Positions 39,048-48,968 are shown, numbered from the stretch's first letter. The stretch: DNA of 58,864 bases from Planctomycetota bacterium (GCA_031409275.1 JANNXA010000042.1:1-58864); one strand, 5' to 3'. Numbers and translations are program-made. The notes: generated from the letters alone by a model not told the origin.

Positions 39048-40316
39048 GTGCAAACTCTCACTGGCGATCTGCCCGGCACTGGTGGCCGGCTGAAGGCGAC
39101 CCCCGAGGACTTCCGCGTCGAGGAGGTCCCGCTCTACGACGCGAGCGGCGAAGGGGGGCACCTGCTGCTTCACGTCGAGAAGCGCGGCATGACCACGCAC
39201 GAGGCGGTGCAGCAGCTCGCACGCGCGCTGCGCGTCCCCGACCGCGACGTCGGCTACGCCGGCATCAAGGATGCGCGCGCGGTCACGACGCAGTGGATCT
39301 CGGTGCCCGCGGCGTGCGAGAGCCGGTTGGCCGACTTCGCTCATCCCTGGCTCAAGGTGCGCGCAATGCAGCGCCACTCGAGCAAGCTGCGCGCCGGCGA
39401 GCTGGCCGGCAACCGCTTCATCATCGTGCTGCGCGACGTCGGCGAGGACGCGCTGGCGCGGGCGCAGGCGATCCTCGCTGTGCTGTCGAAACGCGGGGTG
39501 CCCAACTGGTTCGGGGCGCAGCGCTTCGGCACCAAGGGCGACAGCGACCGCCTCGGCCGCGCGCTGGCGCACAACGACTGCGTCGAGGCGCTCGCGCTCT
39601 TCCTCGGCCGGCCGTCGCCGCTTGAACAGGACCCGCGCATCCGTGCCGCTCGGCAGGCGTTCGACGAAGGGCGTTACGAAGAGGCGGCCGCGGGACTGCC
39701 GCCGCGCATGCGGCTCGAATCGGTGGTGTTGCATGCCTACCGCGAGCATGGCGACCCGTTCCGCGCGCTCTTCAAGATCCCCAAGCGCCTGCGCCTGCTC
39801 TTCCTCTCGGCCTACCAGTCGCGCCTGTTCAACCGCTGCCTCGAAGCGCGCTTCGCCACGCTCGATCGCCTGCAGGAGGGCGACGTCGCGGTGCGCCACG
39901 AGATCGACAAGGCCTATCCCGTGCTCGATCCGGCGCGCGAGCAGCCGCTTGCCGACGCCTTCACGCTCTCGCCGGCCGGGCCGATCTTCGGGCCGGGACT
40001 GCTCCGTGCGCGCGCTGGCGTCGCGGCGATGGAAGAGGCGATCTTCGCGGCCGAAGGGATCAGCCTCGAGCACCGCACGCAGCCGTTCCCCGACCTCCAC
40101 CTGCGCGGCGAGCGACGCGCCTATCGCTTTCCGCTGCGCGATGCGACAGCAGCGCTCCAGGACGACGGCGGCCTGCGCCTCACGTTCGAGCTGCCGCGCG
40201 GTTGCTACGCGACCAGCGTGCTGGCGGAGGTGACCAAGACCACCGCGAGCGGCGCCGAAGAGAGCGCCGAAACGACGTCGGCGGATGGCGCGCAAGCACC
40301 ACCCGCCGACGATTGA
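39048..40316 (+). CDS. truD: tRNA pseudouridine(13) synthase
   Basis: KATPEDFRVEE, YAGIKDARAVTTQW, GNRF, PNWFGAQRFG, SAYQSRLFN, GERR, FELPRGCYATSVL. Confidence 0.95.
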   Translation: MQTLTGDLPGTGGRLKATPEDFRVEEVPLYDASGEGGHLLLHVEKRGMTTHEAVQQLARALRVPDRDVGYAGIKDARAVTTQWISVPAACESRLADFAHPWLKVRAMQRHSSKLRAGELAGNRFIIVLRDVGEDALARAQAILAVLSKRGVPNWFGAQRFGTKGDSDRLGRALAHNDCVEALALFLGRPSPLEQDPRIRAARQAFDEGRYEEAAAGLPPRMRLESVVLHAYREHGDPFRALFKIPKRLRLLFLSAYQSRLFNRCLEARFATLDRLQEGDVAVRHEIDKAYPVLDPAREQPLADAFTLSPAGPIFGPGLLRARAGVAAMEEAIFAAEGISLEHRTQPFPDLHLRGERRAYRFPLRDATAALQDDGGLRLTFELPRGCYATSVLAEVTKTTASGAEESAETTSADGAQAPPADD

Positions 40317-40338
40317 AACCGTACGGTCAGCGCCTCGC

Positions 40339-41715
40339 TCAAAAGAAGACGAAGGTCACGACGACGAAGAGCGGGATCAAGAAGGCGAGGCTCCAGGCCA
40401 TGTAGCCGAAGAAGCTCGGCATCTTCACACCCGACTGCTCGGCGATCGCCTTCACCATGAAGTTCGGGCCGTTCCCGATGTAGGTGTTGGCGCCCATCAT
40501 CACGGCGCCGCACGAGATGGCGGCGAGGATCTTGGCCGCCTCCTCGCCGAGCCCGAGGTAGTGGGAGAGATCGTCGGCCGTCATCCCCTTCAAGCCCGCC
40601 GCGACCGACGCGAAGGTGAGGTAGGTCGGCGCGTTGTCGAGGAACGACGAGAGCACGCCCGAGGCCCAGAAGAAGGAGCGAGCGGTCGCCACCCCGAGGT
40701 CGGCACCGCGCGCGTTCAGGATCTTCAGCGCCGGGATCATCGCCAGGAAGATGCCGATGAAGAGGCACGCCACCTCGATGATCGGGCCGTAGGAGAACTG
40801 GTTCTTGGTCCGGATCGCCTTCGACGTCGTGAAGATCGACGTCAACGCCAGGACCAGCATCACCGCTTCCTGCGCACCGGTCGGCCAATGGAACTGGCCC
40901 GAGCAGTAGATCGTCGCGACGACGCCCGCCAGCAGGAGGAAGTTGAAGCCGCCCTCGAGTCCGAACGGCTCGCGCGCCTTCTCCACGGCCTCATCGAGGT
41001 CGGTCGACTTGTCCTGCACGTCCTCGCGGTGGAAGAAGTGGCTGTCGAGGAAGTGGAAGATGATCAGCAGCGCGCCGTTCACCAGCGCCCACTCCTTCCA
41101 GAGCTGCAGCGTCCAGCCGAACGGGACGCCGCGCAGGAAGCCGAGGAAGAGCGGCGGATCGCCCAGCGGCGTGAGCAGGCCGCCGCAGTTCGAGACGATG
41201 AAGATGAAGAAGACCACCACGTGGACCTTCTTCTTGCGGACCGCATTCGCGCGCAGCAGCGGACGGATCAGCAGCATCGACGCGCCGGTGGTGCCGACGA
41301 TCGACGCGATCGCGGCGCCGATGGCGAGGATGCCGGTGTTCACCGACGGCGTGCCGGCCAGCGTCCCGCGCACGTAGATGCCGCCCGAGATGGCGAAGAG
41401 CGCGAACAGCAGCAGGATGAAGGCGACGTACTCGTGCATCGAGCTCAGCACCGGGTGCTCGTGCAGCGTCAGCGGGATGTGCCGCGCGCTCGCCTCCATG
41501 AACATGAAGATGCCGATCGGCAGGCCGAGCAGCATCGACACGATCAGCTTGTTCTTGTTGTGCTCCCACCAATGGGAGAAGGTCAGCGGCAGGATCGCGA
41601 TGCAGAGCAGGAGCACTGCGAACGGGATCACCGACCAGATCGGCAGCCCGCTCCAATCGACCGGTTCCCCTGAACTCATCGCCAGCAGTGGCAGCGACAC
41701 CAGATCGCTCTGCAT
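40339..41715 (-). CDS. IT-superfamily putative Na+/H+ antiporter or carboxylate transporter
   Basis: VGTTGASMLLIRP, SNCGGLLTPLGDPPLFLGFL, SSFLDNAPTY, GANTYIGNGPNFMVK. Confidence 0.88.
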   Translation of the reverse strand: MQSDLVSLPLLAMSSGEPVDWSGLPIWSVIPFAVLLLCIAILPLTFSHWWEHNKNKLIVSMLLGLPIGIFMFMEASARHIPLTLHEHPVLSSMHEYVAFILLLFALFAISGGIYVRGTLAGTPSVNTGILAIGAAIASIVGTTGASMLLIRPLLRANAVRKKKVHVVVFFIFIVSNCGGLLTPLGDPPLFLGFLRGVPFGWTLQLWKEWALVNGALLIIFHFLDSHFFHREDVQDKSTDLDEAVEKAREPFGLEGGFNFLLLAGVVATIYCSGQFHWPTGAQEAVMLVLALTSIFTTSKAIRTKNQFSYGPIIEVACLFIGIFLAMIPALKILNARGADLGVATARSFFWASGVLSSFLDNAPTYLTFASVAAGLKGMTADDLSHYLGLGEEAAKILAAISCGAVMMGANTYIGNGPNFMVKAIAEQSGVKMPSFFGYMAWSLAFLIPLFVVVTFVFF

Positions 41716-41890
41716 GCACGCGCTCCCCAATTGGACTCGATCGCTCCGCGGCGGCGATCTGCCTGCGATCGGCGCCGCGCCGATCCATCCGCATTCGAGC
41801 AACTCCGAGGGCGCCCGGTTCTACGGGGTGCCCCGAAGCGGAACCACTATCTGCGCAAGCGGTGGCAGGTGACGCCGTAGAACGACGGCG

Positions 41891-42409
41891 TCAGCGCGCC
41901 ACTTCGAAGCGCAGTCGCCCGTATTCGTTGCCCCACTGGAAGAGCAGCGCGAATCCTCCCTCCGGCGCCGGGAGCAGCGTGAAGCTGAGGTAGGGGAAAC
42001 GCTGCTCCGTCTCGGCGAGATCGAGCGGGAAGCGGACGTAGTCGTGGTCGACGAGGAGCGCGAACTCGTAGGCGCCCGACGCGTCCATCCACAGCCCGAA
42101 GCGATAGGTATCGGGCTCGAGTCGCTTGCCGCCGATGCTCAATGCGACCGGAGTTTCGAACTGGCTCTGCAGCCCGACCGGGAGGCGCTGATTCATCTGC
42201 TCGCGGATGGCCGGGTCGCCGCGCATCCGTGCCGCGCCCTCATCCGACCAGGCGATGGTCCGATACTGCAGCGACACCGACTTGCCGGGCGCGAGTTCGA
42301 TGGCGGCGCGCGCCACAGTCTCGCGCGTCGCATCGAACCCGCCGCGCTCCTGCCACGCCAACCACGGCAACAGGAGCAGCAGCGCGGCAGCCAGCAGCGA
42401 CTTCGCCAT
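41891..42409 (-). CDS. Secreted DUF2911-like protein
   Basis: Signal peptide; VSLQY, FETPVALSIGGKRLEPDTY, LLFQWGN. Confidence 0.55.
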   Translation of the reverse strand: MAKSLLAAALLLLLPWLAWQERGGFDATRETVARAAIELAPGKSVSLQYRTIAWSDEGAARMRGDPAIREQMNQRLPVGLQSQFETPVALSIGGKRLEPDTYRFGLWMDASGAYEFALLVDHDYVRFPLDLAETEQRFPYLSFTLLPAPEGGFALLFQWGNEYGRLRFEVAR

Positions 42410-42470
42410 CGTCATCTCCGCGCCGAATCGTCCGGTGCCGACGCGACTCGGCGATGCGTCCCTTCGCCTC

Positions 42471-42875
42471 TCAGTGCTTCTCGTCGCCGAACTTGGGTGC
42501 TTCCGAGGGCAGGTCGTCGATCGAGATGCCGGTCGCCGCGGCCGCGAGGTCGGAGCGATCGACGATGGCGGCGGCATTCACGCCCAGCGTGACCGCGATC
42601 GTCTCGCTGATCTCGCCGCGCGTCGCGCCGTACTTGACCGCCTTCTTCAGGTGGCCTTCGAGGCACCCCTTGCAGTTGGAGACCAGCGACGCCGCGATGG
42701 CGATCAACTCCTTGGTCTTGCGGTCGAGGTGGCCGCGCTCGTACGTCGCCTTATAGAAGCGCATGTACGGGTGCATGATCTCGGGCTCGATCAGCGCGTA
42801 CGACTTCACCGCCTTGCTCGCCGCGCGTCCGTCCACGGCACCTTCGGCGGCGGGCTTCGAATCCTTGGCGTCCAT
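42471..42875 (-). CDS. Carboxymuconolactone decarboxylase/AhpD family protein
   Basis: LDRKTKELIAIAAS..NCKGCLEGH..A...GAT..EI.E; GGAGG SD. Confidence 0.9.
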   Translation of the reverse strand: MDAKDSKPAAEGAVDGRAASKAVKSYALIEPEIMHPYMRFYKATYERGHLDRKTKELIAIAASLVSNCKGCLEGHLKKAVKYGATRGEISETIAVTLGVNAAAIVDRSDLAAAATGISIDDLPSEAPKFGDEKH

Positions 42876-42918
42876 CCAATCCTCCGGGGGCGTCACCTCG
42901 AGCCAATGCGGCGGACCC

Positions 42919-44004
42919 TTATACGACCGCGCCGTCGCGAGGATCCCGATCGTTCCCGCGCCCCATTTTTCGCGCCACCGCCCAGACGAAGAGCAGCGCC
43001 GCCGTCAGCAACGCCCCATCGATCAGCCATTCGACCAGATCGATCGCGCTGCGGGTGTCGCCCCGTTCCTCGGTCCCGTAGAGGCGTACCAACCGCGTCC
43101 GGAGCGCTTCGGCGGCGGCGCGATCGAACGCCAGCGGCGCGGCGACGACTCGCTGCTGCCACGGCAGCGCGCCCGTCGGCAAAGGGCCGAGCGGCTCGAG
43201 GTCGAGCGCCGCCACGACGCCGGCTGCGAGTACCGGCTCGAAACGCGCGTCGAACCACGCGCGCGCGGCCCCGCTCGCCTCGCGGCTGACCGCGGCGGCG
43301 AGTTCGAACGCGACGAACCCCTCGGCCGGACGGCCCCAATCGACCAGCGCCCCCTCGCCCTGAGCTGCGACGGCCGCGCGCACCGGCGCGAGCGTGACCA
43401 TCCCGGGAGGCAAGCGGCGCAGCAGCTCGCGCAACGATCGACCCGCTGGCTGCAACGTGCTGTTGTCATCGGAGGCCAGCACCAACCCCTTCAGCCACGT
43501 CTCCTCGTCGAGCCGCAACTCCGCCGCCACCGCTCCCAGCAGCAGCCCCTCGGGGCTCTCGAGCGTCGGGCGCCGCAGCCACACCCGTCCCATGAACGCC
43601 CCTTCGGCGAGTTCGCGAAAGCTGCGACAGATCGCCGGCGCGGCAGCGGGTGCCACACTCCACACGGGTGCCCACGACTCGCGCGCGAAGGGACGCGGCG
43701 ACGCCAGGAGGAGCCCGTCGCGCTCCATCGTCTGCAGCAGTCCGAACTCGTAACCGAGCAGCAACGTGTCCCCCGCCACGTCGCGGCGCGTCGGCGTCAA
43801 GATGCGCAACACATGCGCGTCGGCTCCCCAATCGGCGGCGTGGCTGTTCCAGGCCGCCTGCAACGCGGACACCTCCCGCCCGTCGAATGGAACGAGGACG
43901 CGCAGCGCGGGCCGCTCCTCCGCGCTCGCCGCGCTCGCCGCGCCGGCAGCGAGCGGCGTGAGCCACGCGAACAGGGGCGCCATCAGCAGGGCCCGCTGGC
44001 TCAT
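42919..44004 (-). CDS. Exported protein, degenerate type-2 solute-binding-like fold with C-terminal TM anchor
   Basis: Signal peptide MSQRALL..ASA; SFRELAEGAFMGRVWLRRP, WGRPAEG; hydrophobic C-terminus; ATGA overlap with the MFS stop. Confidence 0.5.
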   Translation of the reverse strand: MSQRALLMAPLFAWLTPLAAGAASAASAEERPALRVLVPFDGREVSALQAAWNSHAADWGADAHVLRILTPTRRDVAGDTLLLGYEFGLLQTMERDGLLLASPRPFARESWAPVWSVAPAAAPAICRSFRELAEGAFMGRVWLRRPTLESPEGLLLGAVAAELRLDEETWLKGLVLASDDNSTLQPAGRSLRELLRRLPPGMVTLAPVRAAVAAQGEGALVDWGRPAEGFVAFELAAAVSREASGAARAWFDARFEPVLAAGVVAALDLEPLGPLPTGALPWQQRVVAAPLAFDRAAAEALRTRLVRLYGTEERGDTRSAIDLVEWLIDGALLTAALLFVWAVARKMGRGNDRDPRDGAVV

Positions 44005-45275
44005 CCGGCGGCTCCCGGCGCCGCGGGCTCGACGAGTCGCCATGCCAGCGTGCCGGCGACCAGCGTGCAGCCGATCGACAACGACGCGAGCGGCCACAGG
44101 CCAAAGGGCGCCTCGCTGCCCGCCGCATCGAGCCCGCGCACCAACGCGATGCCGGCGAACTGCCCGCAGCTGATGCCGAGCTGCGAGCTGATCAAGATGC
44201 GCGCCGAAAAACGACCGCGCCCGCGCTGATCGGCGAGGAAGGACGCAAGGGCCTGGAATGGCCCTTGGCGCACCGTCGAGACCAATCCGAGCAGCGCGGC
44301 GAGCGCGACGTATCCCGCGGCGTTGCTCCACGGCAGCAGCGCCGTCAACAACGCGAACAGGAACAGCGCGACGAGCAGCGTGCGACGCCGCCCGAGCCGA
44401 TCGGCCACGAGGCTCGACAACAGGCCACCGGCCACGCTCGCGACGCCGAGCACGATCAGCAGCTGCGCGCGGCCGCTTGGCGCAAAGTGGAGCGTCCGTG
44501 CCGCATAGGGATCGGCCGAGACGATCAGTGGAAAGACCGCGAGCGGCATGAGGAACGACGTGGCGTAGACCCACCACGTCGCGCGCAACGGAGGCAGCGC
44601 CGCCGCGGCGGCCGGCTCGCGAGTGGCCTCGTCGCGGCCATTCGTCTCGATGGCCGGCTCCGGCACGGCGCGCAGCACCGCGCCGCACGCGATCAGGCCG
44701 GCCAGCAACGCTACCGCCGCATACGGCTCGCCCAACCACGGCCGCCACGCTTCCGGCAACCTGGCGAACCACGGCCCGAGCAGGAGCGGCAGCGGGACGC
44801 CGACCACCAACGCCAGTGGCACTCCGAGCCATACCAGACTCATCGCGCGACCGCGTTGCTCGGGCGCGTAGAGCAGGCTGCCAAGCGCATTGGCGCTGAC
44901 GGTGATGGCGCCGCCGGCGAGACCCGCCACGATGCGCAGGACCAGGAAGCTCCCCCAGCGCGGCGCGTGCAGCGCGTCCGAAAGCGGCGCGGCGATCAGC
45001 AGCAGGGCGTGCGCCACGGTGAAGACGACGACCCCGACCGAGAGGCTGCGCCGCAGGCCGCGCCGATCGCCGAGCGAGCCGACCCACGCGTAGGCGACGA
45101 CGGCCGCCAGCGCGAAGACGGCCATCAGCAGCGCCATGCGACCGCCGTCGGGCGGCATCTGCAGAGCGCGCGCGAGTTCGCCGCGGCCGGCGTTCAGCCC
45201 ATGGGTGCCAAACGCTGGGAGGAACATCGCCAGCCCAAGCGCGACTGCCGGCCGCAGGCTCCGTGGCTCGTGCAA
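44001..45275 (-). CDS. MFS transporter
   Basis: Motif A twice (GSLGDRRGLRR, LVADRLGRRR), LRIVAGLAGG, QRGRAMS; start approximate. Confidence 0.85.
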   Translation of the reverse strand: MHEPRSLRPAVALGLAMFLPAFGTHGLNAGRGELARALQMPPDGGRMALLMAVFALAAVVAYAWVGSLGDRRGLRRSLSVGVVVFTVAHALLLIAAPLSDALHAPRWGSFLVLRIVAGLAGGAITVSANALGSLLYAPEQRGRAMSLVWLGVPLALVVGVPLPLLLGPWFARLPEAWRPWLGEPYAAVALLAGLIACGAVLRAVPEPAIETNGRDEATREPAAAAALPPLRATWWVYATSFLMPLAVFPLIVSADPYAARTLHFAPSGRAQLLIVLGVASVAGGLLSSLVADRLGRRRTLLVALFLFALLTALLPWSNAAGYVALAALLGLVSTVRQGPFQALASFLADQRGRGRFSARILISSQLGISCGQFAGIALVRGLDAAGSEAPFGLWPLASLSIGCTLVAGTLAWRLVEPAAPGAAG

Positions 45276-45387
45276 GGTGGGCGTCGCCTCGAGTTCTTGA
45301 AGGTCGATCCGCCGAGGGCGGACAGGGCGCGCAGTATAAGGGCGCCCCGCGCGTGCGACCCGGCCGTGTCGGAACGGAGCTTCCTCG

Positions 45388-46701
45388 ATGAGCGTCGCGA
45401 TCCTCGGTGCCGGCATCTCGGGACTCGTCGCCGCGCGCCGGCTGCTCGAACGCGGGATCGCCGTCGAGATCCTCGAATCCGACTCGCGGCCCGGCGGGCT
45501 CTGCCAGAGCGACACCGTCGACGGCTACGTGATGGATCGCTCGGGCGGCCACATCGTCTTCTCCAAGTCGGAGAAGGCGATGCGCTACTACCACGACCTC
45601 TTCCGCGACGAGCCGCTGGTCGAAAGCGAGCGCAACACCCGCATCCTCCTGGGCGGGCGCTACGTCCCCTATCCGTTCGAGAACGGCCTGAACGCGCTGC
45701 CTCCTGACGCGCGGGCGCGCTGCGTCGAGGGGCTCGCGCGCGCTGCGTTGGCGCGCGCGCTGGGGGCGAAGAAGCCGCGGACGTTCGGCGACTGGATCCG
45801 CTGGCACGTCGGCGACGGCATCGCCGACCAGTTCATGCAGCCCTACAACCAGAAGATCTGGAAGCTCGCCGACTTGAACCAGATGGGGATCGACTGGGTC
45901 GACGGTCGCGTGCCCGAAGCGCCGCTTTCCGATGCGATCCAGGCGGCGCTCGGCACCGCAACGGTCGGCTACGCCCATCAGGCTCGCTTCTGGTACCCGC
46001 GCACCGGCGGCTTCCAGGCGATCACCGACCGCCTCGCGCAGATCGTGGCGCCGTCGCTGCGACTGAAGACGCCAGTGACCGACATCGTCCGCACCGACGG
46101 TCGCGTACGCGTGAACGGACGGCCCTACGACGCCGTGATCTCGACGATCCCGCTGCCCCTTGCGGCGACGCTCGCGCGCGACCTCGATGGCGCCACGCGC
46201 GCGGCCGCGACCGGCCTGCAGTCGATCCGCCTCGCCTGTTTCCTCTTCGGCATCGCAGCGCAGGACGTGCAGCCCTACTCCTGGATCTACCTGCCCGAAG
46301 CGTCGCAGGGGCCGGCCAATCGCATCACCTATCTGTCGAACTACAGCCCCCACAACGCGCCGACCGGCCGCGGCTCGCTGATCGCCGAGGTGACCTACCG
46401 CGGCGAGCTCAACGTGGACGGCGCCTACGTGCGCGCGCTGCAGAAGAACCTCGCGCAGCAGGGGCTCTTCCGCGAGGAGAACGTCGCCGTCACCGCGTGG
46501 CGCGACAACCGGCACGCGTACATCCACTTCGATCCGGAGTTCGCGCCGCGCCGCGCGCAAGCGATCGCCGGTTTCGAGGCCTACGGGGTGGTGCCGCTCG
46601 GCCGCTTCGGCCGCTTCAACTACTACAACACCGACCTCTGCATCCTCGAGGCGCTCGAGCACGCCGACGCATTGGCCGACCGCCTCGCCGGCAAGAGCTG
46701 A
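45388..46701 (+). CDS. FAD-dependent oxidoreductase, UDP-galactopyranose mutase-like (eukaryote-type motifs)
   Basis: GAGISG, GGHIVFS, VPYPFEN, FMQPYNQKIW, WVDGRVP, FWYPRTGG, GRFGRFNYYNTD. Confidence 0.7.
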   Translation: MSVAILGAGISGLVAARRLLERGIAVEILESDSRPGGLCQSDTVDGYVMDRSGGHIVFSKSEKAMRYYHDLFRDEPLVESERNTRILLGGRYVPYPFENGLNALPPDARARCVEGLARAALARALGAKKPRTFGDWIRWHVGDGIADQFMQPYNQKIWKLADLNQMGIDWVDGRVPEAPLSDAIQAALGTATVGYAHQARFWYPRTGGFQAITDRLAQIVAPSLRLKTPVTDIVRTDGRVRVNGRPYDAVISTIPLPLAATLARDLDGATRAAATGLQSIRLACFLFGIAAQDVQPYSWIYLPEASQGPANRITYLSNYSPHNAPTGRGSLIAEVTYRGELNVDGAYVRALQKNLAQQGLFREENVAVTAWRDNRHAYIHFDPEFAPRRAQAIAGFEAYGVVPLGRFGRFNYYNTDLCILEALEHADALADRLAGKS

Positions 46702-46712
46702 GCCGCGCCGCG

Positions 46713-47672
46713 ATGGACGTTTCGGTGGTGATCCCGGTGAGGAACGGTGGCCCGCGGTTGCGCCGCGTGCTGGAGCAGGTGCGCGCGCAGCGACACGACC
46801 TCGCGGTCGAGCACGTCGTCATCGATTCGCGCTCGGGCGATGGCAGCGACGACGCGGCTCGAAGCGCCGGGTTCCGCGTGATGACCGTCGAGCCGCGCGA
46901 CTTCAACCACGGCGCGACGCGCGATCAGGCGATCGCCGCGACGTCCGGCCGCGTCGTCGTGCTGCTGGTGCAGGACGCGCTGCCCGCCAACGACCGGTGG
47001 CTCGAAGCGCTGGCCGCTCCGCTGCTGGCCGACCCGGATTCGGCGGGCAGCTTCAGCCGTCAGCGTCCGATCCCCTGCGGCAACCCGATCCTCGAAGCGC
47101 GCCTTGCCGGATGGATCGCGGGGCAACCGATCGCGCGGCGCGCGCAGCTCGATCCGGCGCGGCCTTGGGAGACGCTGACTCCGTTTCAGCGGCTCGAGCT
47201 GGTGGCCTTCGACAACGTCTCCTCGTGCATCCGCCGCGACCTCTGGCGCATCCACCCGTTCGGGCACCGTCCGTTCGGCGAGGACCTCGGCTGGTCGACC
47301 TGGGCGATCCGCAACGGGTACGCGATCCGCTTCGAGCCCGACTCGCTGGTCGAGCATTCGCACGACCGCAGCGCGCTGCATGAAGCGCGCCGCATCTACT
47401 GCGACCACCGCAACCTCCACCAGCTGCTCGGCATGCGTTTGGTGCCGACGTTCGCCGCCGCGATGGCGGGACGGCGCGGCGCGCTGGCCCACTACCTCGC
47501 GCTGATCGCGAAAGCGGGGCTGCCGCCCGACGCGGCGGCGCGCCGGCGTCGCTTCGCGCACGGCTACGCGCTGGGCGAGGCGCTGGCGCAATGGCTCGCG
47601 CCGATCGTCAATGAACATGGCGAGCGCGGGTTGCTCGGCTGGCTCGATCAGCGCATCCGTCGCGGAATCTGA
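46713..47672 (+). CDS. GT2 glycosyltransferase (rhamnosyltransferase-like)
   Basis: SVVIPVRNG, IDSRSGDGS, FNHGATR, LVQDALP, SRQRP, FDNVSSCIRR, GED, VEHSH. Confidence 0.9.
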   Translation: MDVSVVIPVRNGGPRLRRVLEQVRAQRHDLAVEHVVIDSRSGDGSDDAARSAGFRVMTVEPRDFNHGATRDQAIAATSGRVVVLLVQDALPANDRWLEALAAPLLADPDSAGSFSRQRPIPCGNPILEARLAGWIAGQPIARRAQLDPARPWETLTPFQRLELVAFDNVSSCIRRDLWRIHPFGHRPFGEDLGWSTWAIRNGYAIRFEPDSLVEHSHDRSALHEARRIYCDHRNLHQLLGMRLVPTFAAAMAGRRGALAHYLALIAKAGLPPDAAARRRRFAHGYALGEALAQWLAPIVNEHGERGLLGWLDQRIRRGI

Positions 47673-47720
47673 ATCGCGGCAGCTGCGCTCAAAGCGGCGC
47701 TGGCCGCGGCTGCCCGCGCT

Positions 47721-48968
47721 TCAAACGAATCCGGAGAGACGCTGCCGCAACGGCGGCGCCTGCAGGTGGCGAATCGCGCGGCATTGGAGCTGCCGGACCC
47801 GTTCGCGCGACACGTTCAGCTGCCGGCCGAGTTCCTCGAGCGTGCACGGCTCGTCGCCGGTGAGCCCGAAGCGGCGCTCGAGGATCTGCCGTTCGAGCGG
47901 CGGCAGGTCGCACAGGACTTCGTCGACGCGCCGCTGCAGCAGCGGGAACTCGAGTTCCGGCGCAGCACCCGTCGGCTGATCCGCCAACAGCGACGCGAAC
48001 GTCTCGCCGCCTTCGTCGACGGCGACGTCGAGCGAGTAGTGGGCGCGCTGCGTCTGCAGCAGGTGCGACGCGACCTCGCGCTTGACGGCGAACGCTTGCG
48101 AAACTTCACCGAGCGAGGATTCGCGATCGCGCTTGGGCAAGACGCCTTCGCGACGCAGGCGCCGCATCTTCTGCTGAAGGTAGTTCGGAACGCGGACGAT
48201 GCCTTTGGTGAAGGCGATCGAGCGTTCGACGGCCTGGCGAATCCAGAACGTCGCATAGGTGTTGAAGCGAACGTCCTTTCTCCAGTCGAACTTCTCGACC
48301 GCGCGAATCAGCGCTCCGTTGCCCTCCTGGATCAGGTCCATCAGCGGGACGCCGTAGGTTCGGTAGGTGAGCGCGAGATCGGCGACGACGATCAGAGCCC
48401 GCTCGACGAACTGCGCCCTGACGCGATTCATCTCGGCCGCGCGCGCTTCGATCTGGCGCCGGCGATCGACCGCGAGCGGCGCGTCGAAGCTCCCACCACT
48501 CGCGTCCGAGGGCAGGCCGAGATCCTCGGCGCAATGACGGGTGAGGCCAGTGCCCAGCATCGCCCGCAGCCGTTCGTGGCCGACCTGGGCGGACGTGACG
48601 ACCATCGCGAAGCGACGGCGAACGAACTCGTAGCGCTTGGCGAGGCGCCCCTCTTCCGCTTTCTCGAGCCGTGGCTGTGCATGGATCGAGCGGAGGTAGT
48701 GGCGCAGGCTGTCGTCATCCGCTCGGGCGGGCACCCGCGGCGGCACGACGTGCGGCAAGAGCGACATCGGACACGGGCCGCCGTCGTCCACCGACCGCCC
48801 GATCGGGGTGTTTCCGAGCGCCTCGATCAGGGCGCCAACGCGCTCCTCGAACTGCGAGCTGGGTTCAAGGAAGCGATCAAGCTCCGCTTCCTCGAGTCGG
48901 CCGGCGCGACGTGCCGCGACCGCGACCGCGCGTGCCAGCTCGGGCACGCCCTGCAGCGACTTCTTCAC
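47721..48968 (-). CDS. Sigma-70 family (RpoD/RpoS-like) alternative sigma factor
   Basis: Region 1.2 DSLRHYLRSI; region 2 DLIQEGN..AVEKFD..YATFWIRQ; VRVP; region 4 TLEELGRQLNVSRERVRQ. Confidence 0.92.
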   Translation of the reverse strand: MKKSLQGVPELARAVAVAARRAGRLEEAELDRFLEPSSQFEERVGALIEALGNTPIGRSVDDGGPCPMSLLPHVVPPRVPARADDDSLRHYLRSIHAQPRLEKAEEGRLAKRYEFVRRRFAMVVTSAQVGHERLRAMLGTGLTRHCAEDLGLPSDASGGSFDAPLAVDRRRQIEARAAEMNRVRAQFVERALIVVADLALTYRTYGVPLMDLIQEGNGALIRAVEKFDWRKDVRFNTYATFWIRQAVERSIAFTKGIVRVPNYLQQKMRRLRREGVLPKRDRESSLGEVSQAFAVKREVASHLLQTQRAHYSLDVAVDEGGETFASLLADQPTGAAPELEFPLLQRRVDEVLCDLPPLERQILERRFGLTGDEPCTLEELGRQLNVSRERVRQLQCRAIRHLQAPPLRQRLSGFV

